A stretch of 53,821 bases of DNA from a virus (Duplodnaviria > Caudoviricetes), in IMG/VR virus record IMGVR_UViG_3300006124_000002, positions 1 to 53,821 of that record. One strand, given 5' to 3'. Below are positions 1 through 9,538 of this stretch, in pieces. Positions within the stretch are counted from its first letter, which is position 1. Every line of letters begins with the position of its first letter. Both the position numbers and the translations under genes were made by a program. The notes below the pieces were generated by a model that saw only the letters and a program-made list of their open reading frames with translations, was not told where the DNA came from and ran no database searches.

Positions 1-120
1 AAACAATGGTTTCTTGAACTTGCCCTCATAGTTCAGCGTTTCCAACTCTAACAAAGGCTTTTTCCTTTCCTGTAACCATTCCCTAGCCAAACGGCAATTT
101 CTTAAGTTAGATGGGTCACG
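1..120. repeat. Terminal direct repeat (identical to 53702-53821); indicates a circular, complete assembly
   Basis: 1-120 matches 53702-53821 exactly. It lies inside a coding frame, so it is most likely an assembly overlap. Confidence 0.95.
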
Positions 121-1509
121 ATGGAGTCCATCACCTTCCCAAAAGGACGGATGCCATTCATGGTAGATCAGATTCTCTATTTCCCTTCCTTGGGAAAGAT
201 TGAATAACTCCCTCATGATGCGATCCCAAGAGTGTCTACCCAATACCATATCGGGGAAAAGGTGATGGTTTCTCCTCCACCACCCAACCCTCATAGCGAA
301 CAGATCACACCCTGCATACTTTGCTCCTGCACTAATCCGATCATAGGAAAGCGGTTCATCCAGCCTCTTGAAGTCATGACGATAAGCATATGCTGGCAAG
401 GTTCCCTCTAGCCTCTGGATAAAGTTAGAGGCTACACAAGTATCCGTATTGGTCATCACCAAGACATCCGTATCATCCCTGCCAAGGCAAGCCAATCGGA
501 GCATATCCTTGATCATGGGTATCCTACGCTTCTCATCTGGTATAACTTCAGCGGAGCTTCTTACAAAGCAGTTGTCATCCAACCCAAGATCCACCCATCC
601 GATTCCTTTCCAAGTCTTTTCAGCCAAGGCATTGCGCCGCTTCTCATCCCCTGTAGCCCAAGGCATCCTCTGATAAACATGGACGATATTTGGTAGTGTT
701 GGCTTTGGTCTAGGGGTACGGATCAGATCCAATATCCGAGTCACATCCCTTGGGAAGTTCCTGTACCGGGTATATGAAGCGTAGAATGGTCTCCAAGCTG
801 TCCCATGCCACAGAGATGGTCTATCTGTCACGATTGCATGAACAGGCTTTGTAGTGGCGTATGCGAGGTGTAGAGGGCCGCTATCGGTTAGGATGAGTTG
901 CGCCGTGTTAGGATGATCCATGATACCTAAAATATCATAAAACTTTTCAGCCTTGATTTCAGCTAGGTCAATGATGTGGAACTCTGGAAGGCAGTTCTTT
1001 AAGATCTCCCATAGCAAATCATTGTATGGAAATGGTGAGGAGTTTCCCCCTGTAGACACAACGATCCAAGGCTTTGTCTTTGGAATGCCCCTGTACAGTC
1101 TCTTTTCCCTTTTCTTGTCCCGTATATCGAATACCAAAGGCAATTGGCGGGGCCATAGATCCAGCTTGTTAGCCAACCTCCAAGCATCTTGTTGGAAAGA
1201 GTCACAAATAATAGCAGGGCCATGATGGTTGCCGTAGACTTGGCTGACGATGACATCCGTAATCCCGACAACTTGGGTTGTGGTTACTGTATGCCCTAGC
1301 GTCTTGGCATAATCCAATGCGCCAGCAATGTCCTCAAAGGGGCCATCGTAGACTATTGGCTCCACATAAGAAACCCCATCTAGGATTTCAGCGTAGTCCT
1401 TGGATATGATCAGACTAGGTTTTGTGCCTGTCTCGTTGTACTCATTTTGGAGAACAGGAAGGAATGAGCATACATCTCCGTACCTTCCGAGGTTGAGATA
1501 TGTAGCCAC
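1..1509 (-). CDS. Two-domain glycosyltransferase (GT9/heptosyltransferase-like N-half plus GT-A-like C-half), ~508 aa, crossing the circular junction to a stop at 53684-53686
   Basis: Absent from the ORF track because it runs off the edge. Hand translation from GTG at 1509 gives MATYLNLGRYGDVCSFLPVL..., QLILTDSGPLHLAYA (GT9 DSGxxHxA motif), VLVMTNTDTC, GCDLF, GRHSWD, IYHEWH. Confidence 0.8.
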   Translation of the reverse strand, partial: MATYLNLGRYGDVCSFLPVLQNEYNETGTKPSLIISKDYAEILDGVSYVEPIVYDGPFEDIAGALDYAKTLGHTVTTTQVVGITDVIVSQVYGNHHGPAIICDSFQQDAWRLANKLDLWPRQLPLVFDIRDKKREKRLYRGIPKTKPWIVVSTGGNSSPFPYNDLLWEILKNCLPEFHIIDLAEIKAEKFYDILGIMDHPNTAQLILTDSGPLHLAYATTKPVHAIVTDRPSLWHGTAWRPFYASYTRYRNFPRDVTRILDLIRTPRPKPTLPNIVHVYQRMPWATGDEKRRNALAEKTWKGIGWVDLGLDDNCFVRSSAEVIPDEKRRIPMIKDMLRLACLGRDDTDVLVMTNTDTCVASNFIQRLEGTLPAYAYRHDFKRLDEPLSYDRISAGAKYAGCDLFAMRVGWWRRNHHLFPDMVLGRHSWDRIMRELFNLSQGREIENLIYHEWHPSFWEGDGLHRDPSNLRNCRLAREWLQERKKPLLELETLNYEGKFKKPLF

Positions 1510-1512
1510 GAC

Positions 1513-1815
1513 TTACTCGTACTTCTTATGGAAAATCAGCGTCAGCGGAGGGAAGTCTTTCTTCTCTTCTGGTTCTGGAGTCTCCTCCTGTTGCGGAGGG
1601 AGTTGACCATATTGCTTGGCATAACGGAGAGTCTCAACAACAAAGTAGTTCCTCTGCTCCAGCAGGGCGATAACGATAGCTTGGTAGAAGCTAACCTCTG
1701 GCAATTTGTTCTTCTCTCCCTGCTCACGAATCTCTCGTAGATTCAGATCGCCGGGGAACTCTGATTGTTCAAAGGGATATTTAAGGGAAGGAGGCAGTAT
1801 GTATTTTTTGCTCAT
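1513..1815 (-). CDS. Hypothetical protein, 100 aa
   Basis: ORF in operon orientation with an AACCAACCAC leader before the ATG. Confidence 0.7.
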   Translation of the reverse strand: MSKKYILPPSLKYPFEQSEFPGDLNLREIREQGEKNKLPEVSFYQAIVIALLEQRNYFVVETLRYAKQYGQLPPQQEETPEPEEKKDFPPLTLIFHKKYE

Positions 1816-1868
1816 GGCGTGGTTGGTTAAGCGGCAATCCTTTCCAATTTCTGTAAGGATGGCAAGGA

Positions 1869-4800
1869 TTATCGCATATCTCTCAAGAGATCCAATGCGG
1901 CGGCTGAAGTATCTTTTCTCCTGTCCTTTGCCCTATCATAAACAGATAGTTGTTCTTGGTTAAGACTGTTCAAGAAGTCTTTCACTTGATCCTTGTTTGG
2001 GAACAATCTCATAGAAGGATATGTGTTTTTATAATATTTTTGAATCGTTGAAGCTGGTTCTTTTTCCAGAAGTTTTTGCATTTCAATCCTAGCATTGGTC
2101 ATGTTTCCAATCATTAACGCATGATTTAGATCACGATATTTTGCTGAATGTCCAGCTTCCCTATCTTCAATTTTATTATCCAATTTGAAGTGATTTGCCA
2201 AAGTGTACATACGAGACTCATCACTAGGAGCTTGCTCAAGTTTAACACCAAATGTGGAGAACAATTGCTTTTGATATTGACCAGCAAATTGTTGATTCGG
2301 TTCACCACTAGCGGCTTCTTTAGCGGCTGAATAAATTGTAGCTCCAGCAATAGGAAGAGGAACAGAATCCTCTAGCATTCCTTTCCACTTCTGACCGGGT
2401 GCATAATATGTACCCAACATATTTTTGTTGGTAACAGCATCCCATACTGGACGCATAGGAACGGATGAACGACTACGGAAATAGTCCATTGCGGTTTGTA
2501 ATGCATCTCCAGTTCTCTCATATCCCTTCATCAAAAGATGAGTTGTTTCCATAGCAAGGGACATTGGATTAAGGAAGAACCCCGGCCCTCCCCAAGCATC
2601 TGGAATCCAAGCACTAATCTTTGCTCCAATTCCTTCCTCTGGATTTTCCCATGTAGGAGTTCCCCTTGTTGCGTAATTGATCATTTGGTTAGCAACAAAT
2701 TGTGCAACCATCATTCCACCAACTGATCGTGCAAGGACTCCAGCAAAAAGACGCTTGCCAGTTGCGGCATCAAGCAATGCCTTTCCTGTCTGACCCATTG
2801 CACCAAGTTCAGTACGGATTAGACCTTCGTTCCATTGAGGGGCAAGGAACATAAACCTAGCAGTATCTTGCATAGTTTTGCTTTTTAGAAGCCCCTGCCT
2901 TCCAAGATTTCCGAAACGAGTATTAAGATCCTTGCTTACCATCCTAGCGACATCAGCTTCTGGTAAACTTGGATAAGCATTACGATAGCGTTGGAACTCA
3001 AGCAACCAACTTTCGGACATTGCTCCACGCTGGAATTGATTAAAAAGCCAAGAGTTGAAGTCTCCAAGACCGGGTATTTTATGTACCCAATCTTGATGCA
3101 GAGCATCAGAAATACCACCAACATTGTATCCTGTCTTAACGGCAAGGTTTAAGAGACGCTTGTTTTCTAATAATCCTTTTGCCCATTTCTTTGGAATCTC
3201 TCCATTGGCAATCATCTTCTGCAACTCTGGTAATGATTGATCAAGAAGCGTTGCTCCTTTGCGATATGAAGGTACAGGAAGTTTGAATGTTTTAATTCCA
3301 AGTGCTTTGATCAAAGAATCCCAAATTGCAATACGACCAAGGTGATATGTATCCAACCCAAGAGTAATTGATTTGCCAGCACCAGCAGTCTTCTGAATGG
3401 TTTGACCAACCATGTTTTTGCTCCATGCAGAAGGGTCATTCAAAGCCCCAATAATGCCTTCATAACCATCTTTGATTGCCACACGCTGACCAGCAAGAGT
3501 CTCTTGTTTGTAACCTCTAGGAACTTGTAGATAGCTTGAACCATCTGGACGCTTGACGATTGAAACCTTGGTAGCAATAGGATCGCCAGATGCAGGGTCA
3601 ATAGTGCCTTTTAAGGAGTCAATCCAAGAACGATAGTTAATTGATTTCTGACCAGATGACAGACGCTTTTGGAGAAGATCAACAGCATTGATGCTCTTCG
3701 GGTCTATACCAGCGGCAATTGAATCAGCAAAGGTATCATAGGTACGCATTTTGCGAAAACCAGTTGCTGATCCTGCACCAGAACCACCAAAGAGTTCTTG
3801 TTCCTCTAGGTCTTGGTAGTGGGGAACATATCCATCACGCACAGGAGTATCTATTCCGTTAGCATTCTCTTGGGCTACTTGGTGAAGACCAATCTGTTCG
3901 TACTTTTGTGCTATAGGATCAAAGCGAGAGAAGTTTTTATCAGCAAAGTCAATTGCGGCTATGGCTTTCTTCTTCCATGCAGGATTTGCATCTGGAGAGT
4001 TTTCAATCTTTTGCCTCATGTTTGCCAACTCCATCTGATCTCCCTTGGCTTCAATTACGAATGAAAGAGCATCAGCGGCCTTATCTTTCTGGCCCTTGAA
4101 CTCACGCTTGAGATCATTAGCAACTTCATTGCTCTGTTGTTTTGAATAGATATTGGCGGCATTGTCACCAGCATCCCTCATGTATGAGATAGCTTCCTTG
4201 GCTGGCTTACGCTTGAAAGTATTTACGATGGTATTGCGAGTCTTCTTAACAACAGGTGTTGCTTGGAAACGAGTCTCAATCTCCTCCCGCTTCTTGGATG
4301 CCTCTTGTTCAGTAGGACGATCCTGCTGGAACATGGGCTGACCTTCTTTGGTCACGCTCTCACGCATCTCTGGCGTGATCTCGACTTTCCAGATTTTGGT
4401 AGCTGGTTTTTCTTCAACACGAATTTTGCCATCCAAAACATTATTTGAAAGATACTCTTCAGCAAGTTGCTTGTTTTGGAAATTTCTAGTTTTACCATTT
4501 TCAAGCTGAACTACATATTTACCAACATCACCTAAATCTGTTTCTTCAACCTTTGCGCCCCACTTCTTGACATACTTGCCAATCTCTTTGGGAAGGATCT
4601 GGTCGTAGAAGCCTTTCATGCCTTCGCCGCCTACTTTGAGGTCAACGCCTGAAAGGGTTCTAACTCCACCTTTGTATGGTGCATCGACAATCTTTTGTGC
4701 CGCTTCTTTTCCAATATAATCAGCTAATTTATCTGGAGTAACATCAGATGCTACTTCTCTTAAATGTATAGCATCTCCACCTTTTTCACGAACCCAAAGT

Positions 4801-7800
4801 TTTTTTCCAATAGGACTCCATTGAACTTCGTCAACTTGCTTACTCAAGTCATAGCGTTCGGACTGCGTGTCTCCTTTAGTCCAGCCTACCCACTCCTTGC
4901 CGCTTGCGATAGCATCACGCAAGGCTCGCTTAAACATCTGGACTGACCAATCTTTGCGGAAGGGAGCGTCAGGTACTCCAGATTTAGCCATAAGATCAGC
5001 CTTACGTTCTGCTTCTGCTTCGGTGTCTTCTTGACCTACAATTCTTCCATTTTCATCATAAATAGACCAGACCTCTCCCTCAATAGTATCTCTTGGCAGA
5101 ACCCTTAATTCTTTATTATTTTCTCCCTTATATCCTTGCTCCCTTCCCTGCTGATGCCTGTCAGACTGAATCTCTTCAATAAACAAGCCATTGCGTCCCT
5201 CGCTATCAGGACGCTCGTCTAGCCTCATGTGGGCTACATAGTTGGGGATGTCTCGGAAGTGAGAAGAGGTGTATTCAACTTTTGAACGACCCTGCGTTTC
5301 TTGTGAAAGGCGATTATATTCAGCAATGTTCTCTTCGGTATGTGGAAGAGATTTTAACTCGTTCATTCGCTTAATTCGCGAATCTGTTGAAGGCATCGTC
5401 AGCACAACCTCCCTGTAGTTTTCGCCATTAGGCAGAATCAAATCTCCTCTTTCATATTTTGGACGATTCTCAATACCAGCATCGTTAATCTCCAAGGCTT
5501 CCACACGGGCAGTCATGTGGTTAGCTTCTTTCCACAAGGCATTTGCCCTTGTCTGATTGCCAACACGCTGTGCTTGTCTAGCTTGCCTTTCAAATTCCTC
5601 TTGCTTTGCATACAGGGTATCAGCGGTACTCTTGTCACGGATGTTTTGAAGCCTCATTAACTCTTGGAATGTTCCGCTTCCAAGACGATCATCAATAGCA
5701 CCAAGAGGAGCCTTGGCATTTTCCTTCTCAAGATATGCAAGCCTTTCCTTATCGGCATTTGATAGAACTTCATCTGGTCTTGCACCAAGGCGAACCTCCT
5801 CAAACTTCACAGCACCCTCGTTCTTGAGGTAGTCAAGCACCTCCTCCTTGGTGACGCTCTTCTTGCCCTCTAGGAAGCCATCAATGTTGCTCCACTTGAG
5901 TTCGTCAGGCTTTACTCCACTTCCCTTTGCAGGGTCAATGATAGCCTTGATCTGCTCTACAGATGCCTTGTTCGGCATCTTGTCTGTTATCGTCCTTTGG
6001 AGTTGGGAGTAGAAGTCTTTGTTCCTTTTCTCTTCGTCCTGTTGGAACATTGGGCCTTTGCCTTCCTCTGGAGCAGACACAGGCTCATCCTTGCCTTCAG
6101 CAAACTTGCTCAATCCATCGACAAGCATATCCCTAGCCTTCTGGATGTCCTTGGTAAAGTCTCCACCCATCTTCCAATCCTTAAGTTGGTAGAGGAGTTT
6201 GTTCAGCCAATCAACGGTCTTGGTAGCAAGTTCCTTGAAAGACTTGGGATTCTTCTTGGCAAGATCATTCCAGAACTTCGGGTCTTGCATGGCATCCCCA
6301 AGGAAGTCTCCAATGTGTTCATCAAAGAAACGGGACTTGTCATAACCAGCCGCTTTGTATTTGGCTTCTAATCCTGCCCAATCCTTAATCAAAGGCGTAA
6401 TCTGCATTCGCAGACTATTTGCCAGCACAGGAGAGTTCAGTTCAATGTGATGCCACAATTCGTGACCAGCAGTAAAGAGATGCGGTCTAGCACCATCAAT
6501 CTTTAAGAAAATATAATCCTTGAGTGCAGGGTCAACACCCGTAGCACCATTGATCTTGGTTCCCTCTTCGCCTTTGTAGAGAACGATCTTCTTGCCAAAA
6601 ATCCCTGCTAATTTGTCTGCCAGTTTATAGGCAGGGTTGTTAATTAACTGGCGTAGATCTTGTAGGGTTGGGAGATGGAACCTTTGTCTGTTATTCGTTC
6701 GTGCATCTTCCTTATTGAGTCGCTGTAGTGCCTCGTTCGCTTCATCAAAGAAAGCCGTATTTGGCATCGCTGAACGCAGTTCAGCTTCGGTCGTTTGGCT
6801 TGTTTCACCTTCGCCTCCTACTTTTTCACCTTCACCTTGTGGCTGTGCAGTTCCCGCTTCAGCTTCTCCTTCTGGCTTGGCTTCAGCGGAGACACTTTCG
6901 ACAGAAGATACCCCACCTGTTTTTTGCTCTTGGTTTTGGGTTGTTGTTTCATCTTTTGGTGCAAATCGTTCATCACCTTGAGGGGTTGGAATCTCAATGT
7001 CAATGGGTTTTCCTTGCCTCAACAATTGCATCTGATCGGCAATCTTTGATGCTCTTGCCCTCAATGCAGGGCGGTCTTGATGATCTTCTGGCAAATTGCC
7101 AAGTTGATTTGCAACATCAGCGGCTTGTTGTTTCAACACACCCCATTGAGCATCCACCTTTTGTTGATCAACAGTCTGTGGTGCTGGAGCTTGATCATTT
7201 GCCCCGGCGTTAATCTTGGCTTCTTTTTCGTTTACAAAAGGATTTTTAGAAGGAGTCAATCCAGCATGAAGTCCAGCAAATGCACCAAATGCAATATCTG
7301 GAACAGCTTGCTCAATTGTAGGCATGACATTCTGTCCTTGAGCCGCACGAATGCCAGCAGATGTTGCCAGATTAACTCCAGCGGCGGCTGTACCTCCTGC
7401 AAGGCCCCTAACCAAAGGAGAAACCCCTTTTAACAAAGCACTTGTTGCTTTAGCAGTAAGTTCTCCACCAACTGTATATGCGGCAAGTGCAGGAACTGTG
7501 GCTAGTGCCGCTTCACTTCCTGCTCTGTGTCCAGCGGAATCAAGCTGTGATTGATCAGTCACTCCCTGCTGTTTTAATTCAGCAACCTTGGCATCATATC
7601 CTTCACCATAGGCTTGACTCCCACCCATAATTGCCATCGTTGGCAATGCCAATGGCCCTGCCAACATAGCTGGAGCTAATCCTACAACATTACCAACACC
7701 TCTTCCAAGCTGTGCCGCTATGGATGTGTCTTTTTGAGATACTCCAAATGCAGGAAACATTCCAGCGGCTTGTTCACTTAATACTCCCGCTTGCTGACCA

Positions 7801-8525
7801 ATCTGTTTCCTTTCCTGTATCAATGCTTGTTGTTGAGCATCAGAAGCGTATTGAGGAAGTTTAAGTGTTTGTTCTTTCTGTGCTTGAAGATCACCAATCT
7901 GTTGTTCCAGATCATTAATCTGATTTCCATATTCAGCAGTAGAGAATCCTTGCTTCTTAACAATCCCTTGAATGGCATCTAGGGATGCTTGCCTATCAGC
8001 AATTGCTTTATCAAAAGCAGATGTAGCTTCTTGAGTAGTTGCACCACGCTGGAAAGGAGCATTTACTCCAGAGATATCTGTTACTGGTGCGGCTCCTGCT
8101 CTCTCAAACCCACCAGCAGTTTGTATTGCTCCAGCGGCGGTCTGTGCGGCGGTAGACTTGGCAAGGTTTTCATACCAAGGAATTGCAGGAAGATTGATAA
8201 CCTTTCCTGTTTGCTCTGGAGCTACTACTGGCTCCATGAATTGAGCATACGGATTAGAACTTTGTTGTGGTTGCGGTGTAGCTTGAGGAACCGATTGCGT
8301 GTAATTGGAAGTCAGATCATTCGGATCAGACAATGGCAAGTTGTTAGAAGTTGCCTGTTGATTTAAGAATTGTTCATACGGATTAGCTCCATATGCATTT
8401 GATGCTCCAGTATTAGGAGGAAGATTTAATGGTTTACCACTTGGGCTAATTGGCCCTTCATCTGGAACTACAGCTTGCTGATCGTTTTGAGATGGAGCAA
8501 GGAACTGTTCATACACATTTGCCAT
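1869..8525 (-). CDS. Giant internal virion / DNA ejection protein with polyvalent-protein-type domains, 2218 aa
   Basis: Last and largest of three post-tail genes. N-terminal NxY(E/A)QF repeats, Ala/Gly-rich hydrophobic segment, HELWHH (HExxH) motif, and a central module containing NYREVVL, FIEEIQSD and GMKGFYD. Confidence 0.75.
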   Translation of the reverse strand: MANVYEQFLAPSQNDQQAVVPDEGPISPSGKPLNLPPNTGASNAYGANPYEQFLNQQATSNNLPLSDPNDLTSNYTQSVPQATPQPQQSSNPYAQFMEPVVAPEQTGKVINLPAIPWYENLAKSTAAQTAAGAIQTAGGFERAGAAPVTDISGVNAPFQRGATTQEATSAFDKAIADRQASLDAIQGIVKKQGFSTAEYGNQINDLEQQIGDLQAQKEQTLKLPQYASDAQQQALIQERKQIGQQAGVLSEQAAGMFPAFGVSQKDTSIAAQLGRGVGNVVGLAPAMLAGPLALPTMAIMGGSQAYGEGYDAKVAELKQQGVTDQSQLDSAGHRAGSEAALATVPALAAYTVGGELTAKATSALLKGVSPLVRGLAGGTAAAGVNLATSAGIRAAQGQNVMPTIEQAVPDIAFGAFAGLHAGLTPSKNPFVNEKEAKINAGANDQAPAPQTVDQQKVDAQWGVLKQQAADVANQLGNLPEDHQDRPALRARASKIADQMQLLRQGKPIDIEIPTPQGDERFAPKDETTTQNQEQKTGGVSSVESVSAEAKPEGEAEAGTAQPQGEGEKVGGEGETSQTTEAELRSAMPNTAFFDEANEALQRLNKEDARTNNRQRFHLPTLQDLRQLINNPAYKLADKLAGIFGKKIVLYKGEEGTKINGATGVDPALKDYIFLKIDGARPHLFTAGHELWHHIELNSPVLANSLRMQITPLIKDWAGLEAKYKAAGYDKSRFFDEHIGDFLGDAMQDPKFWNDLAKKNPKSFKELATKTVDWLNKLLYQLKDWKMGGDFTKDIQKARDMLVDGLSKFAEGKDEPVSAPEEGKGPMFQQDEEKRNKDFYSQLQRTITDKMPNKASVEQIKAIIDPAKGSGVKPDELKWSNIDGFLEGKKSVTKEEVLDYLKNEGAVKFEEVRLGARPDEVLSNADKERLAYLEKENAKAPLGAIDDRLGSGTFQELMRLQNIRDKSTADTLYAKQEEFERQARQAQRVGNQTRANALWKEANHMTARVEALEINDAGIENRPKYERGDLILPNGENYREVVLTMPSTDSRIKRMNELKSLPHTEENIAEYNRLSQETQGRSKVEYTSSHFRDIPNYVAHMRLDERPDSEGRNGLFIEEIQSDRHQQGREQGYKGENNKELRVLPRDTIEGEVWSIYDENGRIVGQEDTEAEAERKADLMAKSGVPDAPFRKDWSVQMFKRALRDAIASGKEWVGWTKGDTQSERYDLSKQVDEVQWSPIGKKLWVREKGGDAIHLREVASDVTPDKLADYIGKEAAQKIVDAPYKGGVRTLSGVDLKVGGEGMKGFYDQILPKEIGKYVKKWGAKVEETDLGDVGKYVVQLENGKTRNFQNKQLAEEYLSNNVLDGKIRVEEKPATKIWKVEITPEMRESVTKEGQPMFQQDRPTEQEASKKREEIETRFQATPVVKKTRNTIVNTFKRKPAKEAISYMRDAGDNAANIYSKQQSNEVANDLKREFKGQKDKAADALSFVIEAKGDQMELANMRQKIENSPDANPAWKKKAIAAIDFADKNFSRFDPIAQKYEQIGLHQVAQENANGIDTPVRDGYVPHYQDLEEQELFGGSGAGSATGFRKMRTYDTFADSIAAGIDPKSINAVDLLQKRLSSGQKSINYRSWIDSLKGTIDPASGDPIATKVSIVKRPDGSSYLQVPRGYKQETLAGQRVAIKDGYEGIIGALNDPSAWSKNMVGQTIQKTAGAGKSITLGLDTYHLGRIAIWDSLIKALGIKTFKLPVPSYRKGATLLDQSLPELQKMIANGEIPKKWAKGLLENKRLLNLAVKTGYNVGGISDALHQDWVHKIPGLGDFNSWLFNQFQRGAMSESWLLEFQRYRNAYPSLPEADVARMVSKDLNTRFGNLGRQGLLKSKTMQDTARFMFLAPQWNEGLIRTELGAMGQTGKALLDAATGKRLFAGVLARSVGGMMVAQFVANQMINYATRGTPTWENPEEGIGAKISAWIPDAWGGPGFFLNPMSLAMETTHLLMKGYERTGDALQTAMDYFRSRSSVPMRPVWDAVTNKNMLGTYYAPGQKWKGMLEDSVPLPIAGATIYSAAKEAASGEPNQQFAGQYQKQLFSTFGVKLEQAPSDESRMYTLANHFKLDNKIEDREAGHSAKYRDLNHALMIGNMTNARIEMQKLLEKEPASTIQKYYKNTYPSMRLFPNKDQVKDFLNSLNQEQLSVYDRAKDRRKDTSAAALDLLRDMR

Positions 8526-8531
8526 ATCATT

Positions 8532-9533
8532 TTATGATACCAGTTCTTGATCTTGACTGCTACCCTCAACTGCTTCTGATTCATCTGCCTGTTCTGGCGA
8601 TTGTTGAGCAACTTGACCACTCATTCCGCTATCAGTAGATGCTTGAGGATTAAGTAGTTGTTGTGCCGCACCATGTCCAAACATAGCATCAAAATCATTT
8701 GCTGTGTTTGGATTCTTTTTAAGATAATCAATAGCCCTTTGAGGAATAACAGGGCCAGTACCTTCTTTTGCGGCTGGCAATTGTCCACTAATTTGAGGAG
8801 CGTTTTGAAGAATGTTTATCTTGTTCTGCAATGATTCAATGTTGGCTTTATTAGGGCCACCCATTCCAAGAATGCTTTTTTTAGCTTGTTCAGTTTTTAA
8901 TTGATTCTTTAATGAAGATATATCAGTTGATGAATCTATTGGAGGAAGATTGACTTTGGCTCCAAGGCTGTTTCTTAAATTCTGCCTTTGTTGGATTATG
9001 TTGTTATAGGTAGCTTGATCATTTTTCCTCAATGCAGATGATTGATCTTGTTCCAACTTGGTATCTAAATCGTAAGCATTTTTAAGATCAGTAACAGTTG
9101 CGGATTTCTGTTGTCCCTGCCAACTAGGATTCATTCCAGCAGGGGGTTCCATTAATCCAGAACCATACTTTCCATATAAAGCGGCATTTCTACCTTGTAG
9201 ATACATTTGAGTCCTCAACAAATGTTGCGTGTTTAGATTGGCAGACTGTGCCATGTTCACAGCGTGATTTGCCATAGGAGCAAGCAAAGGGTTCTGTGAT
9301 CCAACTAATGCGGCATTGTAGACATCTCCAAGTCCATTAGGATCTCCAGAGGCAATCTTCTGCATACCCTGCTGGTACTGCTGTTGAAGCATTGGCAACA
9401 TTGCCTTTGCCGATTGCGTGGCGGCATGAGTCTCAATTGCATTGCCAATTTGTTGACCAAGGCCAGCAAGGGAATTAACCGTCTGGAGATTGGCTTGTTC
9501 GATTGTTGAAAATGGTGCGTATCCGATTGGCAT
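8532..9533 (-). CDS. Internal virion / ejection protein, 333 aa
   Basis: Q/A/N-rich helical protein between the pilot-like gene and the giant gene; C-terminal AIDYLKKNP...FDAMFGHGAA motif. Confidence 0.6.
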   Translation of the reverse strand: MPIGYAPFSTIEQANLQTVNSLAGLGQQIGNAIETHAATQSAKAMLPMLQQQYQQGMQKIASGDPNGLGDVYNAALVGSQNPLLAPMANHAVNMAQSANLNTQHLLRTQMYLQGRNAALYGKYGSGLMEPPAGMNPSWQGQQKSATVTDLKNAYDLDTKLEQDQSSALRKNDQATYNNIIQQRQNLRNSLGAKVNLPPIDSSTDISSLKNQLKTEQAKKSILGMGGPNKANIESLQNKINILQNAPQISGQLPAAKEGTGPVIPQRAIDYLKKNPNTANDFDAMFGHGAAQQLLNPQASTDSGMSGQVAQQSPEQADESEAVEGSSQDQELVS

Positions 9534-9538
9534 ATGTT

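Noticed and set aside
1507-1515. Stop-codon read-through fusing the 100-aa ORF to the in-frame glycosyltransferase, or an alternative genetic code
   Set aside because: The stop is TAA and a GTG start follows one codon later at the expected GT9 N-terminus. Genes elsewhere are intact in the standard code and neither tRNA is a suppressor.
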